The position numbers were made by a program, and so were the translations under genes. From positions 77,066,001 through 77,130,000 of the forward strand of contig OZ024746.1 in NCBI GenBank assembly GCA_964016885.1: 64,000 nt of DNA, read 5' to 3'. A model generated the notes under the pieces. It worked only from the letters and a program-made list of their open reading frames with translations, was not told the origin of the DNA and did not search any database. How positions within the stretch are numbered: the first letter of the stretch is position 1; every line of letters starts with the position of its first letter. The stretch is from Eledone cirrhosa (taxonomy: Eukaryota). Positions 28,701 through 42,379 of the stretch are shown one piece after another.

Positions 28701-29085
28701 TGTTTCTACTTTAGGCACAAGGCCAGCAATTACCCAGTACATTACTGGTACTTTATTTTATCGATCCCATAAGGATGAAAGGCAAAGTTAACCTCGGCGG
28801 GATTTGAACTCAGACTGTAAAGGGACGTAACTATGCTAGAAAACATGGCGTCCAACCCTCTACCGATACTGCCAATTCACAGGCACAAGACCAGCAATTT
28901 TGGGGGAGGGGAAAGTCGATTAAATCGACACCAGTACGTTACTGGTGCTTTATTTTATCGACTCCGTAAGGATGAAAGGCAAAGTTAACCTCGGCGGGAT
29001 TTGAACTTAGACCATAAAGGGCCGTAATTCTTTGCTGCAAAGCATGGCGTCCGACCCTCTACCGATACTGCCAATCCACCGCCTA
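28697..29085 (-). mobile_element. Two adjacent SINEs (dominant family)
   Basis: Reverse complement of the 1107-1292 consensus; further copies at ~15228, 16030, 29737, 38850, 39163, 39871, 40441, 40638, 41756, 41945, 48690, 52790, 53906, 54100 and 60020. Confidence 0.9.
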
Positions 29086-29135
29086 TAATAATAATACAAG
29101 GACGATTTGTTAAGCCTTCATTATGTTTATTGATT

Positions 29136-29220
29136 GGTGACGCGCGTTTCGCTATTGATCAGCTCAAGGTTCGATCTGTATCGATCTGGCCTGACTCTGG
29201 AATCAAAAGCTCATCGGATC
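29136..29220 (-). ncRNA. Decayed Penelope-type hammerhead
   Basis: CCGATGA-GCTTTTGAT...ATCAATAGC-GAAACGCGCGTC-ACC then AATAAA; palindromic ACGCGCGT stem/loop III. Confidence 0.6.
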
Positions 29221-29357
29221 TCTGCTGTTGTAATGACAGAACACCTCGCCACTGACATGAACCTTAACATCGACTGCTCACCTGGGTGAACCTACAGTAA
29301 CTTCACGTTACACTCCCTGGATATATATATACATACATATATATATATATGTATATA

Positions 29358-29429
<72 letters not shown>

Positions 29430-29520
29430 ACGAAGGAAATGTGGTAAGGAACCAGATGGACCATAACGCGCCAAAGTACTCAATACTTAGGGTAGTAGAG
29501 TATATATATATATATGTATA

Positions 29521-29722
29521 CAAATGAAAGTTCAGTCAAATCTAAGTTTTGGCTGTGGCCAAGCTAACAATATACAATCAGGAATGTGTAGCAAAGCACT
29601 CGATAAGGTTGTGTCACCTTAGAGTAATAACATACGTTAGAAAGCTTGACAAATTGAAGACTGCGACCGGTGACCCAGCCACATGAACAAAAGCAACGAG
29701 AAAACCAACTCAGGTAATTGAC
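29521..29722 (-). mobile_element. Family E 3' fragment in (TA)n carrying the bulged hairpin (29596-29626)
   Basis: ACTC-TAAGG-TGACACAA-CCTTA-TC-GAGTGC plus terminal TTGGC/GCCAA hairpin; no hammerhead visible. Confidence 0.5.
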
Positions 29723-30000
29723 ATATATATATATATAATTGTTTCTACTTTAGGCACAAGGCCAGCAATTACCCAGTGCATTACTGGTACTTTATTTTAT
29801 CGACCCCGTAAGGATGAAAGGCAAAGTCAACCTCGGCGGGATTTGAACTCAGATCGTAAAGGGACGTAACTATGCTGGAAAGCATGGCGTCCGACCCTCT
29901 ACCGATACTGCCAATCCACCGCCCTATATATATATATATAATGTATGTGTGAGTGTGTGTGTATGTATGTTTGCATGTATGCATGTATGTACGTATGTAT

Positions 30001-30540
30001 GTCAGGTCGCTCTTCAACGCTACTAGTAACATGTAACCCAGTACAACCTGTGCATGGTCGAGTCGTCGGTGACTAAGCCGGCAACCCCACCAAGCTTGGT
30101 GAGGAGGGTGATTTTAGACACCCTGCGGGATGAAAAACAAAATCCGTCAAATGGTGGAGGAACTCAGCAGAGTCAACGATCATTCAATAAGGTCTATTTC
30201 TTTTTTGTGGAGCGAGAGACTCCTTAGTCTTCATTAAGACATCTCTCTGGGAGAAAGTCATTCTGATATAAAACCTGCCACTTTGTTTGCATCCAATGAT
30301 GTAGACCAGTTCTTCTTTTTGGGTAAATGCATTCAATGTTCACAGAGTGAGATTGGCCCCGTGCAAAGCCTTCTCTAACTTAAAAAAGCATCAAGCTCAG
30401 GCATCGCTTGATATGTGACATTTTTTGTGATGCATGACATGGCTGACCATAGGCAAATCCCTTGCAGGACTAAAAAGCCGCGTCTGTGAGGCTCATGCTT
30501 AAGTATCAAGCGATGGCATTACTCAAAATCGAGTTGCAGC
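30001..30540 (+). mobile_element. RTE 5'-UTR-related non-autonomous elements (two adjacent)
   Basis: 30055-30185 matches the reverse of 33963-34090; 30208-30305 matches 19480-19577 (GGAGAARGTCAYTCTGATATAAAAC motif). Confidence 0.55.
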
Positions 30541-30550
30541 CATCTATATA

Positions 30551-30665
<115 letters not shown>

Positions 30666-32059
30666 AGAGAGAGTGGGGGGTATAGATGTATATAAAGAAA
30701 TGTTTTTGCAGTTGAAAAGACTCTTGAGGGTATAATATAATATTTGTGGCAGCGGAAAAATGAATTTAGAGCCCTTTTAAATATTGTGGTTCCCCGAGCT
30801 TACAGTCCAGTCAGCCTCAACTCCACCATCTATAACCTACCATTGTACGTGGATGCATCGTGTTGTGGGAAAATTAATTAGTCCTCCATTACTGATTTTA
30901 ATATCGATATACCGTATTTGTTATATAAACTTACATGCTGTCATTGTATTTATTTATTGTAAGGTTGCATAGATACTTAGATGACCAAGAGAGAATGGAA
31001 GATAGCTTGAATATATAATATGTTGTTGTATTTTCAGTTGAATTCCCTTCGGAGTCCTCCATTTTACCTTTCAGACCGCTGATATTATTGTCAGCCTTCT
31101 AACAGTTTATACTTTCTGCATGAAGCATGGTCAAATGGTTAAGGAGTTCACTTCGCAATCAACAGCTTCCGCGTTCGATCCCACAGCGCGACATCTTCGG
31201 ATCAACCTATGCTTTGTGAATGAAATTTGGTAGGCGGAAATTTATTTCCTGTTTTTAAAATAAATTTACAAATCTAAAAATGAAATATTCAATAATAATT
31301 CAACAATATACAAAATCTCTCAATGTCATGAAAGTCCATTGGCATTATGTGAAAATAATTGAGGAGTATCTAATAAAAACAACGTGCACTATTAAAGGGA
31401 AAAGACAAAGAAGAAAAAAAGAAAATGAAAAGAAAAAAGAAAAAGAAAGAAGGATCAAGCAACAAAAGAAAGGGAGAAAGTTAAGCACAGAACCCAACTG
31501 ATTTCCTCCAAAGGGAGAGAGTGCAGTGGGGATTGAGAAACAGATATAGAGGAAAAATCGACCACGAAAGGATAAAATGCAAAGCTGAACTCGGCAGGTT
31601 TTGAACTCAGAGCTCAGAAAGCTAAAACGAATACCGCAAAGTATTCTATCCGACCTTCAAACGACTCTGCTAATTTGCTGCCTTGTTTTATTTATTTATT
31701 TGTTGTTTTAAAGTAGGCAATCTATAACACACACACACGCAAACAAAAAAGCATCTATCCAATATGTGAAATAGTTCCGTGACAGGATGTGAAAAAATCA
31801 TTGAAGTGTAACGTTGGCAGAATAGCAACATACGGCCAGTTGGTGTCACGTATATACATCTGTGTTTTATACAAAACAAGCTGTTAATAAGGAAGTGTTG
31901 TTTTTTTCTTGTTGCTGCTGTTGTTGTTTTTTCTTTTCTTCATATTCTTCTTTTTAATGTTAAATTTCTAGCTGTAATCTTTTCTAGTAAATTCCAGCTG
32001 AAACAATAACTTTACTGAACAAAATACTTATCTCACAGGAAATAACATCACATTTTATT

Positions 32060-32272
32060 CATCATCATCATCATAATCATCATCCAGTTTTTGATTATGC
32101 AGAGCACAATTAATCCCTAAGTAGGGTGGGTCCTGCCTGACAAAGCTCCTTACCGTCCCACTCCATGTGTTTCTGTCCACCGGTCACACTTGAACCAGGC
32201 CAAGCCTAGCTTAATCCCGATGGACGTCCTCCATCCAAGTCCTTTTTGTTCTTCCTGGGCCTCTACTGCCTC
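32060..32272 (-). mobile_element. RTE-like 3' fragment with (GAT)n tail
   Basis: GSRGPGRTKRTWMEDV...DRNTW on the minus strand. Confidence 0.55.
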
Positions 32273-32373
32273 CGAGATGATTTGTATTTTTATTTTTTAA
32301 ATATTTTGTTATGGTTTTCCCTTAAAAATTATTTTTCGTTCGTTGTCGTGTCCTCTCTTTGTTAATTTTCTTA

Positions 32374-32489
<116 letters not shown>

Positions 32490-33562
32490 CATATTCTACC
32501 CGGCTGGGGTGGGGCTCATAGTATTGTTAGAACTCAATGTGCCATTGGAAAGATGGTTAGAGTGAGATTAGGCGGTGAGACCAGTAGTTTTTGTTGTAGG
32601 TGACCACCACTTAAGATTTCCTCGAAGAAGAATCCGCCCAGGCCACAGAGTCACACAGCACGCCATTTTTCATTCCTATATGCTTTCCCCTTCGCTGTGA
32701 CCTGTCTTTTTCTCTTCCCTTACTGCTATCCTCTTTCTCTCTCCCCCTTCTCTCTCCTTCTCCCTCTTACTTTCATTCACCCCTTCTGCTAGTCACCCTC
32801 TCTCGGCTAGCCTCTTCCTCACACTTTCACTCACTCATTCTCTGCTACTCACCCTCTCTCTCACTCCCTCCATCGTCCCACACCGTGCGAAATTCTTTCC
32901 TCGCTTACTTTCTCATGGTTGGGATGTGTCTCTCGTCTTCTCGTCAATATTCACAAGTTCTTATGTTCAAATGAATCATTGACTTGATTTTCTCATTTTT
33001 TCCTCTCTTTACGTTGCCTCACCATTCGTGTTTATTTACCTGTCTCTCTTTCTCCACCCAATTCTTTATATCCCAATAACTTATTTTAGTTATTGTTCGC
33101 GCTAGCCTGAGGTATCTGGTCTTTAATGCGAAGAAATACCTATGATGGCTAGTAGACCACTGATGATGGATAGTCCTGGCTTCTATTTCTAATTCTTCAT
33201 TTTAATTTATATATATATATATGGTGGTGGGGTATGTTTGTGTATAGAACAATGAAAACAAGACAGAAGTCAGAGGTAAGTAATTAATTAGTTCATTGTT
33301 TTACGATCGCGTCAGAGGGTCGTTTGATCGTGGGAGATCGATGTATCGACTAAGATGGTAATGGTTACGATACTACCTATTTCTAGTCTCGAAATTCCTG
33401 TGAGATCGACACAGGTTGAACAACTTGATCATGAATGATAAACAAAACGTACGTACCTGGTATGGCGCCGTTGTAGTACTGACCTAAATATTTATACATA
33501 TATACATACATACATACATACATACATACATACATACATACATACATACATACATACATACA

Positions 33563-33912
33563 TGATGGGTGCCCCCTCGTTATCGAGTATGGCCATTGCA
33601 CGATATACCATTAATAATAATTATTAATTAATTCTATCGTGCAATGCCTGTGCGTGAAGATATTTTTTAAAGTGAGGAAAGAATGTGCACTGAGCCAATC
33701 CCACTCTCTGTGCGACAGTAGCTATAACCCGAAAAGAAGAAAAGATCAACATCATCAGGAACTACTGAGCCGCAGCTTTTATATCGGAGTTATCCCAGTT
33801 TCCTGAGTTGCCTTCTCCTAGAAGACTGCCCTGACAAAGGCTAGGAGTCCTTCACTCCCAGTGGTTTAACCGCGTGATCGGGTGTCCAGTCCGACTATTT
33901 CTATGTCCCTGC
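33563..33912 (-). mobile_element. Bipartite non-autonomous RTE-related element; second 3' fragment at 37143-37308
   Basis: 5' GGGCAGTCTTCTAGGAGAAGGCAACTC motif; 3' end CGATAACGAGGGGGCA(G)CC resembles the RTE end at 34721-34745. Confidence 0.6.
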
Positions 33913-34212
33913 GCATATACATACATACATATGTACACGTGTATATACATATTTACACACTTTTGGATGGCCGTTGACTCTTATGAGTTCTTCCGCCCTT
34001 TGTCAGGTTTTGTTTTTTGTCCTGCAAGGCGTCCAAAATCAACCCCCTCACCAACTTGGTGGGGTTGCCGGTTTAGTCGCCGACGACCCGAACATACAGA
34101 CACATATACATACATATATACATACGTACTTACTTACATACATATATATATCCATATATACCTACAAAGTTACCTACATACATACCTACGTAAATCATAC
34201 ATACATACCTAT

Positions 34213-34578
34213 GTAGAGATCAGCTGCCCACTTGATGTCAACATTGTAAGATAAATACAAGAGGAGGACATCTACGGACTATCGATGAGGAGTTTGCAGA
34301 TCCAGTATCCAAGATACACCTTCAGCTTCATGCCCATCATTATTGGATCTACAGGTTATATACCAACCCGCTTGGATCAAAGTATAACTGAACTTGGATT
34401 TGTGGACAAAGAGCGCAGCTCCCTAATTCATAGACTAGAAATGGCTGCGATAGCTGGCACGTTCTAAATTTACAAAACATTCTTGCGATTCAAGGGATGG
34501 CAATTTCTTTACTTTTACAACCTTGCCACCAGGAAGGAAGCCGGTCAAAATTTTACTCGAAATTAAGAGAAAGAGGAA
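34213..34578 (+). mobile_element. R4/Dong-like RLE retrotransposon 3' fragment in (TACA)n
   Basis: VEISCPLDVNI...YTFSFMPIIIGSTGY...IYKTF, homologous to 36580-36860. Confidence 0.8.
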
Positions 34579-34720
34579 CATACATACATACATACATACA
34601 TACATACATACATACATACATACATACATACATACGTATATCATACATACATATATTCATTCATACATACTTACCTACAAACATCATACATACAAACATA
34701 CATACGTACATACATACAAA

Positions 34721-36015
34721 CATGGTGGCTGCCAACTCGTTTTCGAGTACGGCCACTAGAGAACCCCTACCGATGCGCTGAACGAGTGTGGCTTTTTAGT
34801 CCAGCCAGCGACTTGAAAACTCTGGTACAAACACTTCACTTGTGACAATTATTGACGCCTAGTGCTGGACCCATGGCACCATGTGACCCGAGGTGTCGTG
34901 TGAGATCACTACTCGACCTGCATACCCTTCCACAAACATCACATGTCGTCGTCTGATGAACACTTATAGCTCCACAGGTGCCTGCTTCCCTGTTCTTGTG
35001 CACTCTCAGATGACTCTTTAGACCTGCTATGCTCAGACAAACCCTATTACAGGTCTCACATGTCAGGTCAGGCCGTCTGTCAGTGACAATTATTGACGCC
35101 TAGTGCTGGGCCCATGGCACCATGTGACCCGAGGTGTCGTGTGAGATCACTACTCGACCTGTATACCCTTCCACAAACATCACATGTCGTCGTCTGATGA
35201 ACACTTATAGCTCCACAGGTGCCTGCTTCCCTGCTCTTGTGTACTCTCAGGTGACTCTTTAGATCTGCCATGCTCAGACAAACCCTATTACAGGTTTCAC
35301 ATGTCAGGTCAGGCTGTCTGTCAGTGCCTTCGGGAAGGCCAACATGGATTCCTTTCCGGGCATCTCTTTTTAGTGTCGCGTGCCTTCTTCTTGTTTCCTC
35401 AAATAGACTCTTGCCACTAGCCACTGCTTTCCTCCACTGCGATCGGTCGCTAGCGCATGCTTCCCAGTGCTCACAAGGGATGTTACTTTTCTTGAGCGCC
35501 CCCTTGATGCAGTCCTTAAAACGCATCTTGGGTTTGCTCGCGTTCCTTTTTCCCATTTGGAGCTCGCCATAAAGCAGCTGCTTCGGCATTCGCTTGTCAT
35601 TCAATCCTTACAAGATGGCCTGTCCAGCGCAGCTGATGTTTCAAAATCAAGGACTCGACACTATCACAGCCACTTATGTCCAGAACCTCGACGTCACTGA
35701 CAAACATTTGCCAAGTTATGCCAAGGATCCGACGTAAGCAGTACTGGTGGAACCTCTCAAGTCGCTTCATCTGTCTACGGTAGACCACCCACGTCTCACA
35801 AGCATAAAGAAGTGCCGCGAGCACACACGCATGATACACTTTGAGCTTTGTCTTTACCGAAATTCCGTGTTGAGACCAGAGACGCTTGTTCAGTTTTCCA
35901 AAAGCATCACTGGCTTTCTGTATCCTGTTTGATATTTCCCCATCAAGATCGCAGGACATACTCAGAGTGCTTCCAAAATATACAAAACTGCCAACGACCC
36001 TTAGGTTTATGGTGA
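34721..36015 (-). mobile_element. RTE-BovB-like LINE 3' part with ~239-bp internal tandem duplication
   Basis: FVYFGS, LLYACETW, QLRWTGHLVR, RMPKQLLYGEL, C2H2 fingers; 34842-35080 repeats 35081-35320. Confidence 0.92.
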
Positions 36016-36041
36016 ACATACAAACATACATACATACATAC

Positions 36042-37093
36042 ATGGATGAAAAACTACATACTTATCAGCAAAAAATCATGCATGGATATGTTGCCAAGAA
36101 GCTCCAGAGTGAGAGTAATATAGATAAGAAAAGTAGTCTATCTTGTACCATCAACCGCTATATTGGCTCCCACTTTGAAGGATACGCTTTTGCAATCCAA
36201 GAACAGGAGATTAACACGAAATACCTGATTCACAAAAGAGATAGGGATGCAGGCAAAACACCTAGATGTGATAACAAGTACAGACTCTGCAGAACTAACA
36301 TCGAGGATATCACCCATGTCATCAGCAGCTGTCCAAAGATGTCATCGCGGCACTATCTACCTATGAGGCATGATGTAGTGGCCAAAACACTGTACAATGC
36401 TGTTCGTAAAAAAGATAGCCCCGATAATAAACACATTAAAAGCTACAGCAATGTGAAAGACATCCATGTACATAATATGAAAGAGTACTGGTGGAATGTT
36501 CCAGTAAAAACCCCAATAAAATGCAGGCATAACAGACCAGATATTATGATAAGGGACAGGGAGAAGAAAGCATGCACAGTAGTGGAAATTAGCTACCCAG
36601 CAGATGCCAATATAACATCAAAGATTAGTGAAAAGGAGAATATGTATGCAAAACTGATGAGAAATCTGCTGATACTCCACCCTGATTACACCTTCAGATT
36701 TATGCCTGTGATTATTGGGGCACTGGGGTATGATAGTAACTGCCTCAATAAAAATCATGAGAAGCTAGGCTTCACAGGAACAGAAAGAACACAACTAGTT
36801 AGGAAAGTACAAGTACAATCCATTAATGGAACAGTAAAAATATGTAAAACATTCCAAAAATGTTGTATCTAATAACTGCATATACACATGTACAGATACA
36901 AAGCATATACACATGCACACATACAACTCAAAACATCCACATCCACACATACAATAACATCCATATCTACATATGCATGCATACATACATATCTACCTAG
37001 TTGATGTGTAAATTCCAATGAGAGAGTCTTGTGTCTATGTTAGAAAGCGACTCTCTCTCTATTGGTAAAACTTTGTGAAATTATAAAACCAGA
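36042..37093 (+). mobile_element. R4/Dong-like RLE retrotransposon, 5'-truncated, in (TACA)n
   Basis: AIQEQEINT, RLC..EDITHVISSC knuckle, RHD, NRPDI..VEISYP restriction-like endonuclease, IIGALG. Confidence 0.9.
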
Positions 37094-37724
37094 ACATACA
37101 TACATACATACATACATACATACATACATACATACATACATACATGATGATGATGGCTGCCCCCTCGTTATCGAGTATGGCCATTGCACGATATACCATT
37201 ATTAATCATTATTAATTAATTCTATCGTGCAATGCCTGTGCATGAAGATTTTTTTTTAAATGAGGAAAGACTGTGCACTGAGCCAATCCCACTCTCTGAG
37301 CGACAGTACATACATACATACATACATACATACATACATACATACATACATACATACATACAATTAAATACTAACGTCGTAAAAAAAATATTTCGTGATT
37401 TTCACTTCTGACCATTTTTGTTACCCTGAAGGCATTTTGTCCATAATTAGAGGCAAACAAACAATGGATTTATGGATAAATAATCAAAATAAATTGAAAC
37501 AAAATAACCCTTTATTCCTATTCTTATTCTTATATCTATTGTTATGTGTAAAACCAGTCTTGGTTGAGAAATAGAGGAAAACAATCTATATGCCTTGAGC
37601 TGTGAGGCAAGGTTGTATTTCTGCTTTAGAATTAATTTCTTCTTCTCATTTACTCTGTCCCATCTGTCTTCTTCTTCTCTCTTTCTCTCTCTCCTTCTCT
37701 CTCTCTCTCTCTCTCCCCCCCCCC

Positions 37725-37757
<33 letters not shown>

Positions 37758-37807
37758 GTATATATATATATGTGTGTGTGTGAATATATATGTATATATA
37801 TATGTAT

Positions 37808-37839
<32 letters not shown>

Positions 37840-37873
37840 GTGTGTTATATATATATGTGTATATATATATGTG

Positions 37874-37939
<66 letters not shown>

Positions 37940-38019
37940 GGGAGAGAAAGAGAAAGAGAAAGGAAGAAAGAGACAGAGAGAAACAGAGAGAAAGAAAGAA
38001 AGGGGGGGGGGGGGGGCGA

Positions 38020-38215
38020 GAGAAATCGCTTCTACAAGACTAGAACTGTTTCATTCAAAAGAAATCATCAGAAAAGCTGTCCTGGTGATTTCTTTCGAAT
38101 GAAACAGTTCTAGTCCTGTAGAAGCCATTTCTATATTGAATTTGATATTTACACTCTACTAATATATTGAGTACCTTTCTTACATTGGTTATCCCCGATT
38201 GAATCCAGGACCCAT
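38020..38215 (+). mobile_element. HHR family C copy with inverted arm
   Basis: CTGRTGA-TTTC NNNN GAAT-GAAA-CAG TTCTAGTC YTG-TA on both strands; hairpin 38153-38174. Confidence 0.8.
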
Positions 38216-38537
38216 ATATATATATATGTGTGTGTGTGTGTGAGTATGTATATGTATATATATAATGTGTGTGTGTGTACGTGTGTATAATCATTCACTC
38301 TACTTCTATATATCTTGTTCTACTACCCCCCCCCCCCCCCACCTCCCCCTCTCTCCCTTCTTTTGGCTGTCTGGCTGGTTGTCTGCCTGTATGTTTGTCT
38401 CTTACTTTCTTTAGTCTCTCACAAACACGTTTCTGAGCATGAAAAAAATCAATACACTCGATTGATCTATGACTTCCGGTCTTTCAATAGCAATGGACAC
38501 GTGCTTGCAGTCAGAACTTCCGGTCCGTTTAGACTTT

Positions 38538-38574
<37 letters not shown>

Positions 38575-39474
38575 TTCTGATTTGTTCAGTGTGAACACAG
38601 TAGAGGAAATAAATAAATAAATAAATAAATAATATATAAATAACCAAACAAATAAATATTTAAATGAATAAATAATTACGGGAGATTAATGAAGAAAAGG
38701 GTGATAATAGACCTTCCAGGTTCGATAACAACATCAACAACAAAAATAAATATGGTAATTATTTTTCTATTCGTCGCAAGAGTGCAAGAATTACAACAAC
38801 AACATAATTCTCTATAAAAAAAAAAGATGAACCAGTTGATTATTATTTGGATTGACAGTATCGGACAATATGCTTCGCAGTATAGAGTTACGGCCCTTTA
38901 TGATCTGAGTTCAAATCCCGCCGAGGTTAACTTCGCCTTTCATCCTTACGGCGTCGATAAAATAAAGTACCAGTAACGTACTGGGGTAATCGACTTTAAT
39001 CGACTTTCCCCTGCCCCTCAGATTGCTGGCCTTGTCCCTATATAAGAAATCATTATCGGCCTACTCTAAAAAGAATAGAGAAGACAGGTTCATTTACCTA
39101 GTGTTTCCTTTGTTAATCGGGATTAATCTAGAATCTGTGGGGGTTCCTTAATTACTTCTGAATAATTGTTTCTACTTTTGGCACAAGGCCACCAATTATC
39201 CCAGTGCATTACTGGTACTTTATTTTATCCACCCCGTAAGGATTAAAGGCAAAGTTAACCTCGGCGGGTTTTGAACTCAGATCATAAAGGGGGGTAACTC
39301 TATGCTTCAAAGCATGGCGTCCGACCCTCTACCGATACTGCCAATCGACCGCTTTACTTCAGAATAATGTGTTTCCTTGTTTACTGGTTTTATGTAAATC
39401 CCCGCTGTCCTAGGTACTTAATAATATTCGGACCGAGTAATGAATAAGGAAATCATCACCATCACCATCATCAA

Positions 39475-39510
<36 letters not shown>

Positions 39511-39601
39511 CACAATCATAATCTTCGTTCTGTCACCGTCACCATCACCATCACCATCACCATCATCATCATCATCATCATCGCCGTCGTTGCCGCTGTC
39601 G

Positions 39602-39638
<37 letters not shown>

Positions 39639-40948
39639 TATCGTCGTCATCATCATCATCATTGTCGTCGTCGTCGTCGTCGTGGTTGTTGTTGCAGCTG
39701 GCCTCTGCTGTTGTTTTTGTTGTTGCTATCGTTATTGTTATGACAGGGAGAGTGACCTCGGCGGTAGGGGGGGGGGTCGATTAATTATTAACGTCTTGTA
39801 TGTATCACATGAAACCGTATGAGCAAAACATTCTTTAAAAGTACAAAACGGCATTATGACTGCATCACATGGGCGGTGGATTGGCAGTATCGGTAGAGGG
39901 TCGGACGCCATGCTTTCCAGCATAGTTACGTCCCTTTACGATTTGAGTTCAAATCCCGCCGAGGTTGACTTTGCCTTTCATCCTTACGGGGTCGATAAAA
40001 TAAAGTACCAGTAATGCACTGGGTAATTGCTGGCCTTGTGCCTAAAGTAGAAACAATTATGACTGCATCACATTAAAAATTAAGTTATTTACTCTAATAC
40101 AGCATAATTTCCACAACGATTTGTTCACTAGTAAAGGATACTATAAACATCTGAATTGACAAATCCACATTTAGATATTTTCTGCTAGATCATCACAGAA
40201 TATTAATTCTTGACGACCTGTACCTGGTGAGACCACATTAGCAAGGCATTCTTGAAAAGCACAAAACAACATCATGACTGAGGTTTTTAACAACGATCTG
40301 TTGATATTGCAAACATTTAAATCGACAAACCCGTTTTTAGATTTTTTTTTTTTTTTTTTTTTTTGCTAAATCATTACAGATTTTTTTTTTTAAGAGTTAA
40401 AGAGCCGGTTTTCTTGGTGAAATGTCTGTGGACAAAAATCAGGTGGATTGGCAGTATCGGTAGAGGGTCGGGCGCCATGCTTTTACACAAAGAGTTACGA
40501 CCCTTTCCATTCTGAGTTCAAATCCCGCCGAGGTTAACTTTGCCTTTCATCCTTACGAGGTCGATAAAATAAAGTACCAGTAATACACTAGGTAATTGCT
40601 GGCCTTGTGCCAAAAGTAGAAACAATTATTTGAGAAGAGCGGTGGATCGGCAGTATCGGTAGAGAGTCGGACACCGTGCTTTGCAGCATAGAGTTACGGC
40701 CCTTTACCGTCTGAGTTCAAATCCCGCCGAGGTTAACTTTGCCTTTCATCCTTACGGGGTCGATAAAATAAAGCATCAGTAACGTACTGGGGTCGATTTA
40801 ATCGACTTTCCCCTCCTTCCCAAATTACTGGCCTTGTGCCTATACTAGAAATCATTATTTGAGAAAAGAAAAAAAAACATAAACATCTGTTGAATTAATT
40901 GGATTATCTACTGAAAGTATAAACATAGTGTCAAGAATTACTTTAAAT

Positions 40949-41646
40949 CAGAAGCGTGCGACAAGCGGGCCACAATCCGGGGCCCGCCAGACCAGTCAAA
41001 GTGGCCCGCGATGACCGTTTTTAATGTTTACCTTGTAAGCTTATTTAGAACTTTTTCGTAACCGTAATACAATTTTCTGTTAGTTGACCTATACCAAAGG
41101 GCTTCACTGATAAGGTTATGTGTGTTATAGTGTCCCAGTTGACCTATACCAAAGGGCTTCACTGATAAGGTTATGTGTGTTATAGTGTCCCAGTTGACCT
41201 ATACCAAAGGGCTTCACTGATAAGGTTATGTGTGTTATAGTGTCCCAGTTGACCTATACCAAAGGGCTTCACTGATAAGGTTATGTGTGTTATAGTGTCC
41301 CAGTTGACCTATACCAAAGGGCTTCACTGATAAGGTTATGTGTGTTATAGTGTCCCAGTTGACCTATACCAAAGGGCTTCACTGATAAGGTTATGTGTGT
41401 TATAGTGTCCCAGTTGACCTATACCAAAGGGCTTCACTGATAAGGTTATGTGTGATATAGTGTCCCAGTTGACCTATACCAAAGGGCTTCACTGATAAGG
41501 TTATGTGTGTTATAATTTCCCAGTTCCATGTTATGGAAAGAAGTTGTGGTGAATCTTTGGAATAGTGCTTAATAAATATTAATTGCCTTAATAGTTGTTC
41601 CAATGTTCAAAAGTGGCTCGCCAGTGGAATATGTTGCACATCCCTG
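40949..41646. mobile_element. Non-autonomous hAT element carrying a 55-bp tandem array
   Basis: Imperfect TIRs CAGAAGCGTGCGAC / GTTGCACATCCCTG; 8-bp TSD CTTTAAAT/CTTTAAAG; GGCCCGC subterminal motifs. Confidence 0.7.
41082..41525. repeat. 55-bp minisatellite, 8 near-identical copies
   Basis: AGTTGACCTATACCAAAGGGCTTCACTGATAAGGTTATGTGTGTTATAGTGTCCC. Confidence 0.97.
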
Positions 41647-42166
41647 CTTTAAAGGGTTTAAATAATGCAGGATTCAGCTTTCTCACAATAAAAAAACAGA
41701 CTTAATGTACTCTTTTTTTTAAAGAAAGTGGTTTTATTATTTCACTGAAGAGTATAGGGCGGTGGATTAGTAGTATCAGTAGAGAGTCGGACACCCTGCT
41801 TTGCGGCATAGAGTTACGGCCATTTACGTTCCGATTTCAAATGCCGGGGTCGATAAAATATAGTACCAGTCCCGCACTGGGGTTGATTTAATTGACTTTC
41901 CTCTCCCCCAAAATTGCTGAAACCATTATTTCAGAAGAATATAGGACAGCAAATTGATAGGATCGGTAGAGGGTTGGACAACATTCTTAGCAGCATATAG
42001 TTACAGCCCTTTACCTTCTGAATTCAGATCCTGCGGAGGTTAGCTTTGCTTTCCATCCTTATGACGTCGGTAAAATAAAGTACCAGTAACACACTAAGGT
42101 CGATTTAATCGACTTTCCCTTGTTGGCCTTGCAGAAATCAGATTCATAATTCATTTTGTTCATAAT

Positions 42167-42248
42167 CTGCCGTAATACACATTTCTGTGGCGTTGATAAT
42201 TACGTAATGCTACTATTACGTAACCATCAACACGACTTCATCAGACAG
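42167..42248 (-). ncRNA. Decayed hammerhead with a long (~17-bp) stem II
   Basis: CTGT-CTGATGA-..GTTGATGGTTACGTAAT/ATTACGTAATTATCAAC..-GAAA-...-GCAG; cleavage triplet lost. Confidence 0.45.
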
Positions 42249-42347
42249 TAATGATATTATATTATTTTATATATATTTATATATATATGTATGTATGAAT
42301 GTATATATATAAATATATATATATATATGTATTTATATATGTGTGTG

Positions 42348-42379
<32 letters not shown>

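Noticed and set aside
33098-33175. GCTAGC-CTGAGGT...GAAATACC..GGCTAG and a nearby CTGATGA
   Set aside because: Too many core mismatches and no credible stem II
39871-39960. tRNA gene (A and B boxes)
   Set aside because: Head of the abundant SINE; no cloverleaf
41082-41525. CRISPR-like array or tandem hammerhead (CTGATAAG)
   Set aside because: No unique spacers, no cas genes, eukaryotic context; no GAAA/stem III
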